Shown: positions 1-12,000 of the stretch, in pieces
How the letters are laid out: every line of letters starts with the position of its first letter
Numbering within the stretch: position 1 is the first letter of the stretch
DNA from: Bugula neritina
Taxonomy: Eukaryota; Animalia; Bryozoa
Direction of reading: 5' to 3'
DNA length: 64,000 nucleotides
NCBI GenBank assembly: GCA_964035545.1
Contig: OZ037765.1
Location: forward strand, 16,492,995 to 16,556,994
Program-made: the position numbers and the translations under genes
Notes under the pieces: generated by a model
What the model saw: only the letters and a program-made list of their open reading frames with translations
The model's database searches: none
Told to the model about the DNA's origin: nothing

Positions 1-457
1 TTTTAAATTAATGAAATTAAAAGACAATATTAGACATGAAATCTCTACTTTATATGATCTATATTCTACTATAGTGTAATCCAACATTGTGAGCACATTA
101 ATTTTTTCTACAAAGGATTTTGTATAGCTTTGCAAAAATTCAATAGATGGTTCATCAGAATATATAAAACGTATTATGTTGATTAGTATCACTTGAAGGT
201 TGAGTAGCTTACGCTTTACATCACTGTTTAGGTTTGTGCTTAGTTATGAGCTTGTAAGGGTGCAATCGAAGGAGTGTGAGTTAACTAATAATTACGATGG
301 TAACTATAAAATTTTATTTAGTCAAAGGCAGTTTTTAAGCATTTTATTCTGTGTGCTAACAAAAAATATTTTTTATTTGGGTTAAAATATTTGTGTCAAT
401 AAAATCTTTCATATTGACTCATCTATTATTTACAACTTATTTTACTTCACTCTGCAG

Positions 458-3400
458 ATATGCAGAAAGAGACTATGGAAGACTATCTATGACAAGTTGG
501 GTGGCAACCCTCATTACACAAGTGCCCCTTCTTGCACAAAAAAGCAATATGAAAGGTAAAAGATAAATTCCTAAAACTATTTTCAACCTGAAGTAGCCTA
601 ATTTATGCTTTAAAGTTTTCCACATTGTTTGTATATTGAAAACCTCATGAGCACGTGATGTTTGTTTTGTGTTAGAAATTTATGCTTCAACAAATAGCAA
701 AATCTATTTAAAGGCATTGGTTAGGTGTACTTTGGAATACTTTAGGTTGCTACTCAGCTTTGAGAGGAATATTGTATTACCTGGTACTGCTGGGAAAATA
801 AAAGTACACCTACCATCTCAGAATTTTGCACGGCGTAAACCAAGATTAAAGACACGGCTAGACAAGATCAAACAAGAGTGGAGTTCACTGGTGAACCAAG
901 AAAAGATTCAACAGCTGACTAGTTCTGACAAGCTTCCCATGGCTACTACCCACTTGAAATGGCAAATGCCCCCTAAATTATCACCTGCAAAAATTCTCCA
1001 GGTAACATAGAATCTTTCATTAAAGTAGATAATTAGTTATGATAGTGAATATATGGTATATCATGAGGATGATGAGATATTTCAATTTGTTAGTTCGCTA
1101 GTTTTACTAGCAGAATACTTCTAATATTTTGTAGCAGAAAGAATATCACAAAAAGTCAATCACCAATGATGATGAAGACCAGATTCCACTGTCAATATTG
1201 TCTGCACTCAAGAAGGAAGAGAATGAGAAGCTCATTGGCTTTAACAACTCTGTTAGTCTGTCTCCATCTAAAACCTCTTACGTTACAGCAACATCAACGT
1301 GGACTATACCTACATCATTTTCGTTGTCTGATATTAGCCACAGCCATGATGGTTGTGAAATGAAATCTTTGAGTGTGTCTGGAGAAGATATTTGTAGATC
1401 TGATCAAGAATCAAAAAGGATGTCTGATGAGAATAATAAACTTTCTCATAAAACTAAATTCAATTTGATTCCTGCTCATGCTGTTCAGAAAGCTTCAATG
1501 CCTTTGAATATCCTTGGACCTTGTCATCCTGATGAGCTTACACTGGCTCAGCGCTCACCATGGACTACGAAACTTTCTAACAGTTATGGTAATCCAAATA
1601 TTAATTGTCGTTCAACTACTATTAAAAATGATGTATCTGATGAGGCACTTGATTTATCATATGGAAAAAGAATAAAACATGATTATCCATCAGAACCAAA
1701 GCTTGAGTTAGCTGTGGATGAATGCGGTGCTATTGATATGACAATTAACAACAACAAACCCCTTGATTTAATTAAAAGTAAGCACAAAATAGAGACAGTT
1801 CCGGAGCAATGGAAACCCCAAAATGAACCAATTGATTTTTCCAAATCTAAAAGCTTGTCCAAACCATCCATGCTAAAGAACCAGCCGAAAGATAATGAAT
1901 TTGGAAATACTTCAGCTCAAACATTTGAATCCCCAACTGGTTCACTATACCATTCACCAACTAATCTTAGTAAATCAACTTTTAGGGTTAACAGCAGTCC
2001 ATTGAAACCCTTCTACCACTCCTCATTCAGTACTCAGCAAAACAGTGCAATAAAAGGATTCGTAGGTAGGGAGGTCTCCCAAAAACCTTTGGTTGACAAA
2101 ACATTAATGCTTCAATCAAATCAATTAATTTCTGCAAAGAACACACCAAAAGACAATGACGCGCTCATGGATTTGTCCAGACATGTTGATCCAAGTTGGC
2201 GCACTGGCAGCCTAGACTCCTTATCCAATACTGGCTTGAAACATGTGAAGTCTCTTCATAGCTATAATGAAAAAGCAGCGTTAACAAAGTATGAAAATCC
2301 GCCTTCTTACACACATCATAGGGACGTAACGGCGCCCCCTCCACCTCCCAAATATACTGATTTCCATTATCGTCTATCGTCTTCACCTAAGTTGTCTACT
2401 TCAAAAAGCCATCATAGCGCAGATGCAGAATCCTTTTTAAAATCGAACAAACCGGATTTTAAAAGAGAAAGCTTGTATTCTGTTGCACCCCAGAAGTTTT
2501 CTGAAGTTTCCCTAAACAGCAGGCTAGCCTCTCCCCTTAGACCCTCTATTTCTATTGCTAATGTCCCATACTTTTTACCAGCCACCACTAGCTTAAAGTC
2601 TCAGGCTTTACCTGTTGTTCAGTCTTTATCAAATCCACTTTGTCAGTTTAAAAATCAGTCACACTTAAATGTTGAAAAACACCATTCTCATGATTGGGTA
2701 CAAAAGAGGCCCCTTCAGATGATGTCATCAGAACAATCTTCAAAGTTTCATTCTCCAACTCATCAACAAACAAATAAAGCTCCCTACTATTTTAATCAGC
2801 TACAGCGGTATACTGACATTCAGAAGCACTACACACAGAAGAATAACTTGGCAGACATGCAAATGAGTGATTCAATTCAAAATTCAGCAGAATTAGGCAA
2901 AGATCCAAGAGGTGATCCATACTGCCGCCCTCTATCTTTAGCAATTCCAAAAGCAAAGAGGACAAACTCTTCACAAGCAGGTTTCCAAACTGTCCGAAGC
3001 CCTGAGCAGGGTTCCTCTTCAACTAGAGTTACTTTCAATTCTGCTGTGGATTTAACGCCTTCACCACTGACTAAACAAGCCTACACTCATCCTAGAGACC
3101 ATGAAGTAAGCAGCTCAAAACACAACGCTGGCATGGCACTGACCAGTAATAACCATGGTCCACATATGTACATTGCTGGCAGTTCTAGTGTGCAACAAAA
3201 TCACTTTGTGCCCAGCTCTACTCAGCTGTTAATGGTTCCAAATGCTCATCTATCCCAGCAGTTTTTGCATCAGCCTATGAATACAAACATTAGGCAACCA
3301 ACGCCACATCAGCGAAGCCCGAGCACACATTCTCTTAAACAAAATTTTACACCGAACAGCAGACCAGCTACTCATGCAAGCTTTGATCTGTACTCTTCAC

Positions 3401-3981
3401 AGGTATGTCATTCTAAAACCATGCCTGCCAATCACAGAAGTATCAACATCTAATATGCAAGAATTATATGATCGAATACTTAGACCGTCTGAACATATAC
3501 CACCACTGTTATTTCATAAAATGCAAATTCACTTAAAATTTGATGGATGTCCATTGCATAAAACTTGAATTGCTAATAAGTTATTATCAATGCACAACTG
3601 GTGTCGAATAACTAATAATTCCAAAACAAAATGTTTTTGTTAAATGTTCAGACCTCTGTTTATTACTTTTTCACAAGTATATCTCTTCTATTTTGAATAT
3701 AGCAGCATAAGAAGAAAGGTTTAGTAACTGGGCCTTTACATTCATCTTTCTATCAAACCCATCAACTTAACTCTCCACCACTCCGACCCAAAGTGCACCC
3801 CCAGCCATCCCTGCAAAGACTGCCTCCCAACTCTAACATATCAGCATACCATCGTTTTTTATCCCCAAACTACAATTCTCTTCCAGCCTTGCCAAGATTG
3901 CAGCCAATTCCTTCCAGACACAGTTCTGCTCCAGCTAATAGTCTTCAGGGTAAATGTTCTGTTAACCCAAATATCCAATGA
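458..3981 (+). CDS. ARID5B: ARID5-family (ARID5B/MRF2-like) transcription factor, paralog A; 5'-partial (upstream exons outside window)
   Basis: Exons 458-555, 746-1001, 1135(or 1138)-3402 and 3703(or 3706)-3981, all GT-AG and phase-compatible. The first exons give ICRKRLWKTIYDKLGGNPHYTSAPSCTKKQYER|LLLSFER, matching the C-terminal half of the ARID5 ARID domain (recalled ARID5B: ITARRQWKHIYDELGGNPGSTSAATCTRRHYERLILPYER). Long Ser/Pro/Gln-rich tail follows. The symbol denotes the family; A/B orthology is not established. Confidence 0.88.
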
Positions 3982-6900
3982 TTTACGAGTATGCAGAATA
4001 AACTTTCAATTGAACCTGGCTGTGTTTGTTTGGTCCTTTGAGTCAAACTATTATATTATTTGTCTATTGATATAAAGTGTGTTTTACACAGTTGGTGGAA
4101 GTGCTATACTTGAAAGCTAACAAATTAGTTGTATTAGTGTAACAGTAAGCAATAACTATTATGCAAACTATTGATTATGTAATTTTATGTAAATATAATC
4201 ATAGCATGTATATTTTTTGTATCTGAACTGCATTTTTTTACCTTTGCTCAATAGAACTTGCATAGGTGATATTGTTGGTTTTATTGTTAGCTATTTTACT
4301 TTTTTGCCCATAGCACAACTACTCATTTTTCAATAACAGCTTTATTTATTAATTTTTTATAAATGCAATTATTTTGCTCACAACTTTTGAGTGCAGCACT
4401 AATGTATGTATGTATGTATCTATTTATATACATATAATTTCAGTAATCTTTATTGGATTATAAATCATTTTATTTTTATTTTTCATTCTTGACATTTGGG
4501 CGTACATGATATAATGAGTAGCCTTGATTATCGTGAACTATTTTTTACTTTGCAATAATAAATGATTAGTTAACAAATATATACAAATTTAAATTTTGCA
4601 AATTTAATAAAACAATATAATCCAATTGCATTTTTCAAAAGTAACTTATGAGGCTATAATTGTACAGCACAGACTAGAATAACTTACAACTCCCTGCACA
4701 TAAAACATTTGCAATATATGCTTAGCCAAGTCCCTTTAATATCAATTGTTGCTAGTATTCACTATTGTATGTTAGTACTACAGCTGTACTGCAGTATCAC
4801 TTGGTAATTAACTTACCACTAAGCTCAAATTTATCTAGGGAATGCGGAACCTGCACTTCACTAGTCCAACTCCAGCTTTTACTAAATTTTAATGCATGTT
4901 TCACTGACTTGAGTAAACAAGCAATAATTTTCTATAGCAGCTTCACAGCAGACACCTAAATCTTATATTACCTTTCCAGAGTAGCCACCCAAAAGTTGGA
5001 TTTCCAAACAAGTTATTTATTATAACAATATATTATCTATGCAGAGCCTAAAATAATTACTCTTCTCTACAGCCAATGGTTAGCATCAATCAGTTGCTTA
5101 AAAAGTTCAGTATGTTCAATTTTTTTTTTAATTGATATTTTGAGATTCAGGTTAACAGAAAATATTTTATTGATCTCTGAAGAAGATAATAAAAATTATT
5201 AGTTGTTAGAGTTTTTAATTTATACATTTTGGAATTTTAGAAATATTTTTATTTTTTACCGTATTTAATTTAAAGCATGCAGAAAATAAATTCATGCATG
5301 TGAAAATTTAATCATTGACTATAAAATAAAGCAAAGCAATAATAAATTTTCAAGATTTCATTGGGAATAAATTGCAAGCAAAATAATAAATTTAATAATT
5401 GGCAGTATGAAGCCTGATAAAGGCTCTATTTTAGAAACTATTACCACCTGGTGATAAATTAATACAGTTACAGCTATTATGAATACCTAAAACCAGATAT
5501 GCCACTACAGTGACTAGCATAGTGCATTCTTTTTCATGTTTGCTCATATGAAGGTACATGCATACTATGCAAAGAAACTTGATCAACAAAACTAGATCAA
5601 AGTCATGAAAGAGTTGCCTTGGATAGTGTAACAAAAACATGATCTGTTTATATGTAGCATTTATTATAACATTATACTTATTTTTTAGTGTCAAATTTTG
5701 TTGTAGTTAGCAAATTTTAGCGGAAGTTGCCAACGCTGATAAAATGTTTCTACATGGTTCCCTAACTTTTTACATTCTTTGCAATTAGGCTTATATTGAT
5801 TTGAACTAATTATAGCCTACAATATTTGATACTCTGCAAAATATATTTTATAATATAAGTGACAAAAAAGTTTTTAAATATTTTGATGTATCTTTTAACC
5901 TTTCAGTCTTTTATTTTATGCAAATTCTCATGAGAGTATCTGCCTGCAGTAGAGAGATTTAGTCTATCAATGAAAAGGTTTTTATTAAAATTGAACGTAA
6001 GTTGCAATGGCACACTGCATTTTAAAGTTTTCAACTAAACTATTGAACATCTGGCTATTTTGTAAAACCTATTAGTCAACAGTTCTTGCAAATTTGTATC
6101 AAGTTTTATAAAGCTACTGATAGTCTTACTATTTTCTGGAAGATACTTCAAGAAACCTCAGTACTAAGTACTAATAAAGGATTTGCTGCTTGGTATGGCT
6201 AATAATGTTTTTAAAGTAAAACTTTATACTACACAGTAACAAAGTAACAAAGTTGGCCGTCTCAAAGCAAATGATATGCTGATGGAACTTTGTAAAACTA
6301 AATTGAAGCTTCAGTTTTTATAAAGCTATTTGCTTCAAGTACAGTTTACTAGTAGATGCTCACCTTTAGTAAATAAGCTAGCCTTACTTTAATTTTATAT
6401 GCAACTAGACTATAATGTGGCATAATTAATTATATTTTATAATTGCTGGTTTGACAGCAACCTATTTTACACCCTTTACTATTTATTACTTGCCTTTCTA
6501 TAAGCACGTATATTACTTTGAAAATTTACACTAGTATAAATTTATTACATACAAATTCTGAGTTTATTATTTTGCATGCAAGTCTTTTATTAGTTTATGA
6601 ATGACTTTCAATCACTGCCCAAATAGATGATGAATTAGTAAGCTTTTAATGCATAAAAATAATACACTTTGAGCATAATTTAGCAAGGTTATTTTTTTCT
6701 GAGAGAATGAATTGTTTTGCAATCCATGTTTATACATGAGATTTATCACGCATAAAAGTTTATATTTAAAATATTTTTGCAACTTCAATACAAAAAATGT
6801 GTCATTTGATAGTGCCCACATTACTATTACTTTGACATAATTTTTATCAGCTGTGAAACTCAATTTTTCCTTGAATTTCATATGCTTCAGAATGTGTTGA

Positions 6901-9077
6901 ATGTACACAGAGTAGTTATTAGACAAATACAGATTCTAGCTAGGTTCTCTATAGTACTGTAATGACTACATCTACTTATAACTTGTATAACGGCACAAAA
7001 ATTCCTCTAAATTGTTCATCTAAATGTGTAGAAAATTGCTAGCACTGTTAATTTTGATTCCAAACTGTAGCAGAGTTGATGTAGCGCGGACACTGAAAAT
7101 ATTCGTTGAACAAAATTTGCAAATTAAAAACTCTCGACAAGTAAAGTACGTTTTAAAATTTACTCAACCTATTAGTAGCTTAATACATTAGCTGAAGATT
7201 GAATAGACTGTATATAATGTATTACAAAACATGAAGTATGATATTATATAGTTGTGTAATGAAGCAAAAAGCAAAAAATTGTGAATAGCAATAAGCTTTT
7301 CACAGGCTAATGCAAATGTGAATGTATATGTGTGTGTGTTTCCACCAACCTAGGTTTAAATGGCAGTGATTCATAAAAATAACCTTCTCACAGTTTGAAC
7401 AACATAATATACAAAAATATGATGATAAAAACTTGCAAAGTAACAGATTTCTATTAGGATTACAGGGTGAGATGCCGAGCTCTGAAAACACATTAAAAAC
7501 TAATAAAACTGTACATATTTAATCAAAAAATGCATAGCTACATCCGCAGATTCCCTTCAAGTCTTTAATACTTTCAATAAAAGTCATCATTTGAGCAAAG
7601 TAAAACTCTTAAAATTGGCATGATTAATATGCATCCATTCTCATCAATGTAAAAACTAAACTGTAAAGAACTTAGTATAGATAGTAATTCTTGTAAAAGT
7701 TCAGTGAACCAACATATTTTATACTATACAATATAAAACAAATTCAGTAGAAAAATTTTTATTTAAACTCATTTGTCTACACTCTACATAGTATTGTAAA
7801 TTCACTTTAGTCTTGATAAATCTGTATACATGTACCCAAGTCTCTGTAGAAAGCAACTGTCAACTAAAATATAAAAAGTATATAAATGAAACAGCAAACA
7901 TATGCTAGATACTAGACAAGTAAATACATGGAGATTAGATAGTTAATGCATGCGTATCTTTATTATACTCCATAGCCTACCAGCAGCATTCACTCAATAT
8001 TATTTACTCAACTATAGCTTTGTTGCACGCTAGCCATAGCAAAACAGCCGATGAAGCTAAAACCATTTTCCTATTAAAAACCCATCCAACCGTGACTTGG
8101 TAAGTTATGAAAGCATTCCCATGGCAAATGCAGTGAATAATTGCTGAACAGCAGCCTCAATGATAAACTGGCAGTGCATTAATTCTGACTTTACTTTCAA
8201 TTTTATCTGAACATCATGTGTTTCAGCAATGCATATTCTGGACAGATGTAAATGAAGCATATGACAAAATTTTCAAATGTCTTTCAATATAGCAAATTAC
8301 AACCTTTAAGACACAGCCTTTAGCAGCCAATGGTTGATCCAATATTGCAATGGGATCTACGTGTTCACGATTTGGGAACACATCATAGTCTATAAGAAAT
8401 GTTGGGAAACCATTCCCTTCCTTATGTCAAAATAAATATTTTTGCCAAATATAAGAAAATAAAATGTTCGTCTACAAAATTCAAATGTAAAAAACTAGCT
8501 AAACAATACCCAAGTTAGTCAGGATCATGATAGGGTTTTTTTTATGTAAAAACTGAAGATACAACAAAATTCCATTGCTATAACATTAAATAGGCCTACC
8601 TAGGAAATGCAACACGTTTAGTGTAAACAAAATTTTATGTAATATAAAAAAGTCACGTGTGCCTTGCCTGAGTGCACTGCAATAAGCTGTAAACAAAGTT
8701 TAACTATTTTATAAATGTTCATTGAATTCCCTTAATAAATATTACATACATCAACTCCAATGATTATTGGCATTGATTTATAAATGATTTAGGCTCTATT
8801 TGCGATCAGATGTGCAAGGCATTACACAATTTTGTTCAAACAAGTTTATAGTAAAACATTCGACTTCTATGAAATGTCAACAGGAGGCCTTTTCTACAAG
8901 AGTTTTGTGTGATAAAAGAATGCAACATTCATAAATAGCTTATCCTCTTATATATGATGGCACTTTAGTGACTCATATACATATTTTATCAACAGACAAA
9001 ACTTAAATATATTATTTTATTACAAACAGCCAAGCCAGCACCGTTAAAAGTTAGCATTTGGTTCTCATACTTGTATA

Positions 9078-12000
9078 TCATGTGTTGTTGGGGTTGACAG
9101 AGTTCTTGTCCCGTAGACTAGTAGCTGGAGCAGAGCTGTGTCTGGAAGGAATTGGCTGTAACCTTGGCAAGGCTGGAAGAGAATTGTAGTTTGGGGATAA
9201 AAACCGATGGTATGCTGATATGTTAGAGTTGGGAGGCAGTCTTTGAAGGGATGGCTGTGGGTGCACTTTGGGTCGGAGTGGTGGAGAGTGGAGTTGATGA
9301 GTTCGAAGGGACGGAGGTGAAGGTTGCAAAAATGAGGAGTGCAGAGCAACTGGAAGGGTGCTATTGCTGTGTCCTGCCCAAGAAACCTAAAACAATACAG
9401 ACCAAGGTAGTCTTTCAGTTTGAATAAACAGATAGATTCATTTGAAAATAAAAGTTTAATAAATTTAGTAATTGTATTCATTGATCTTCATGAAACTACA
9501 TAATTTGCAAAATGTTATAAGAGAAAAACCACCAAAGAGAACTATATTAAAACAGCATAAACTATACCTGGTTTGATGTCATGACAGAGGGCACCATCTG
9601 ATGACTAGGGCTCATTCTCTGATCACTATAGCCTGCAGGTAAACACTCTGGTTTTGAGACTTCAACTGACTTTGTTAAATTTCCAGAAGCTGCAGCAGAT
9701 GGCAGACTTTTTGCTGATGGTGGACTTTGTCGGATCCCTCTAGCAATGGGTATGGCTGGAGATACAGGCTGCCTAGGAAAAAGCTTTTTAGCAGTTACTT
9801 TCTTTTGCTGTTGAGCATTTGACGGACCTAAAAGATGATTGAAGTTTGGAAGGTTTAGCAAACTATTGGTACTGGAATCTTTAGATGTTTCTGGTGCCGA
9901 TGAAGAAAACGTTTCATCAGAAACTTCTTCGTTAAAAATATTGAGTACTGTTGGAAACAGCTCTTCTGTCTCTTCATGGTCCGTACACTTTACAGGCGTA
10001 GAAATGGAACTAGTAGATACCGTAGAAATGGAACTAGTAGATACCGTAGAAATGGAACTAGTAGATACCGTAGAAATGGAACTAGTAGATACAGGTGCAG
10101 GTGAGGGATATGATACTACAACAGCAACAATTTCCTTTTTCAATTTCTTACTTTTCGGCAGTTTATGGTCTATTGGTCTAGGTAATTCATTAGGACTGCC
10201 TTTAGTTGAAAGTTTCTGCAACTGTCTATTATTAGCAGTTATTTTCGCAACTGTTACTGGAGAAGAAAAGATGGAAGGGTTGTTTGATAAGTGAGTAGAG
10301 CCAGAAACACTTTTTGGTTTGACAAAGAGAGGAGCTGACTTAGCCAACTGCATTGAAGAATATGGTTTGTTAATTTTAGTACCAACATGAGGCATATTTG
10401 ATCTGTCAACTGGCTTTTGATTGATAGAATTGGAAAGCAGAGTATTTGACTGTGCAGGGGTTCGGCTAGTCTGAGAGGTACTTTGAGGTGTCAAGAAACC
10501 CTGTGACCAAGCACACAATTTTGAGCTTGATGCCCCAGATTTAGATCCGGAATAATTTATTGGTTCATGTTGTGGCTGAAGAATGACGTTATGAGTTTGA
10601 GGTTCGTAACGTGATTTGTTTCGACGAAGTGTCAAATCAATAGCCCCGAATTCATCAACAGTAACGTCAGATTTCTTGATCACATTAATTTTTATTCTTT
10701 TTGTGAAAGAAAGATCTAGTGGTTCATCAGATGAGCCTCGCACCAAACTCTGCTTTACATTATTCACGCAGGGATTGCCATAAACTCTGGAGAGTTTTGT
10801 AGTCCATGGCGAGCGTTGAGCCAGTGTAAGCTCATTAGGATGACAAGGTCCAAGGATATTCAAAGGCATTGAAGCTTTGTGCAGAAGGTGTGCAGGAGCT
10901 AAAGTATTTGTAAAGCTACCATTGTCCTTTTGATTGTCCATACTGGACTGTGGGCTGGTGGCCATTGTAGATGTTGTAGTGGTGACTGTACTTATTGTAG
11001 TTGCAGAACATATAGCTGCCGAGGTATTCACTAAAACATCTATTTGCTTATTGTAATCAAAGCTACTAGAAAATTCCCTTTTTGTTTTGTTCTTAGCAAA
11101 CACTGCCAGTGGAAGCTGATCTTCATCAATGACATTCTCATCAATAACTAATGCTTTGTCTGAGCAGTCATTCCTCTGCAAATAATAAAAAGTCTATGCA
11201 TTGGTGTGAAATAAATGCAACCTCCTTTTCCCATTTACACCTAGACACTTCACGCTTATAATTATTGTCCAACAATTAAACAGTGCTGTGTTTTGCTCAA
11301 AAGAATAACATATTTTTTCACAGGATATTTATAATCACATAACTGATTACAATCATTTATGCAAGTAATTAATGTAGTGAAGGTTGGAATGATTTAAACC
11401 ATTTGAATGAGTTTAAATATTATAAAAACTAAAACTGTGAATATGTTTCATCAAACTAGAAGAAAACTTTTACAATTGAGTTTTTAATTACAGAGATTTA
11501 ACATCAATCATTCTAGAACTTGTTTCATACATTTTGTTCCACTGCATCATCCATCATGTTCCCTGCAGTGTCCTTCACTGTGTCTGCATGACTGCATGTG
11601 TTCCAAGAACCTTTGTCAAAGTTCACCAGTGAACTCCACTCTTGTTTGATTTTGTCTAGCCGTGTCTTTAATCTTGGTTTACGCCGTGCAACATTCTGAG
11701 ATGGTAGGTGTACTTTTATTTTTCCAGCAGTACCAGGTAATACAATATTCCTCTCAAAGCTAAGTAGCAACCTAAAGTTTTCAAAGTACACCCAACCGAT
11801 GCTTTTAAATAAGTTTTCTTACATTTATCAACACAATGTCCTTAGCAGTGCCTAGTTTCAGCATTATTTCAGTACATATATGACAAATATATTTTTCTAT
11901 TAAATAATTATCTTAAATTTTTAAAGCTTTCAATAAATATACCAAATCACAAGAATAATGTATTTAGGATAGTTCCAAGAATGAACCGCTGACCTCTCAT

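Noticed and set aside
4000-9000. Possible hidden gene or old repeats between the ARID5 paralogs (short ORFs at 4765, 5431, 6612 and 7300)
   Set aside because: ORFs are AT-rich with no recognisable motifs or exon chain; some stretches look like decayed repeats but I could not define ends or families.
9839-10294. 151-aa plus-strand ORF with (VEMELVDT)n repeats
   Set aside because: Antisense shadow of the ARID5-B large exon and its 24-bp repeat; no independent support.
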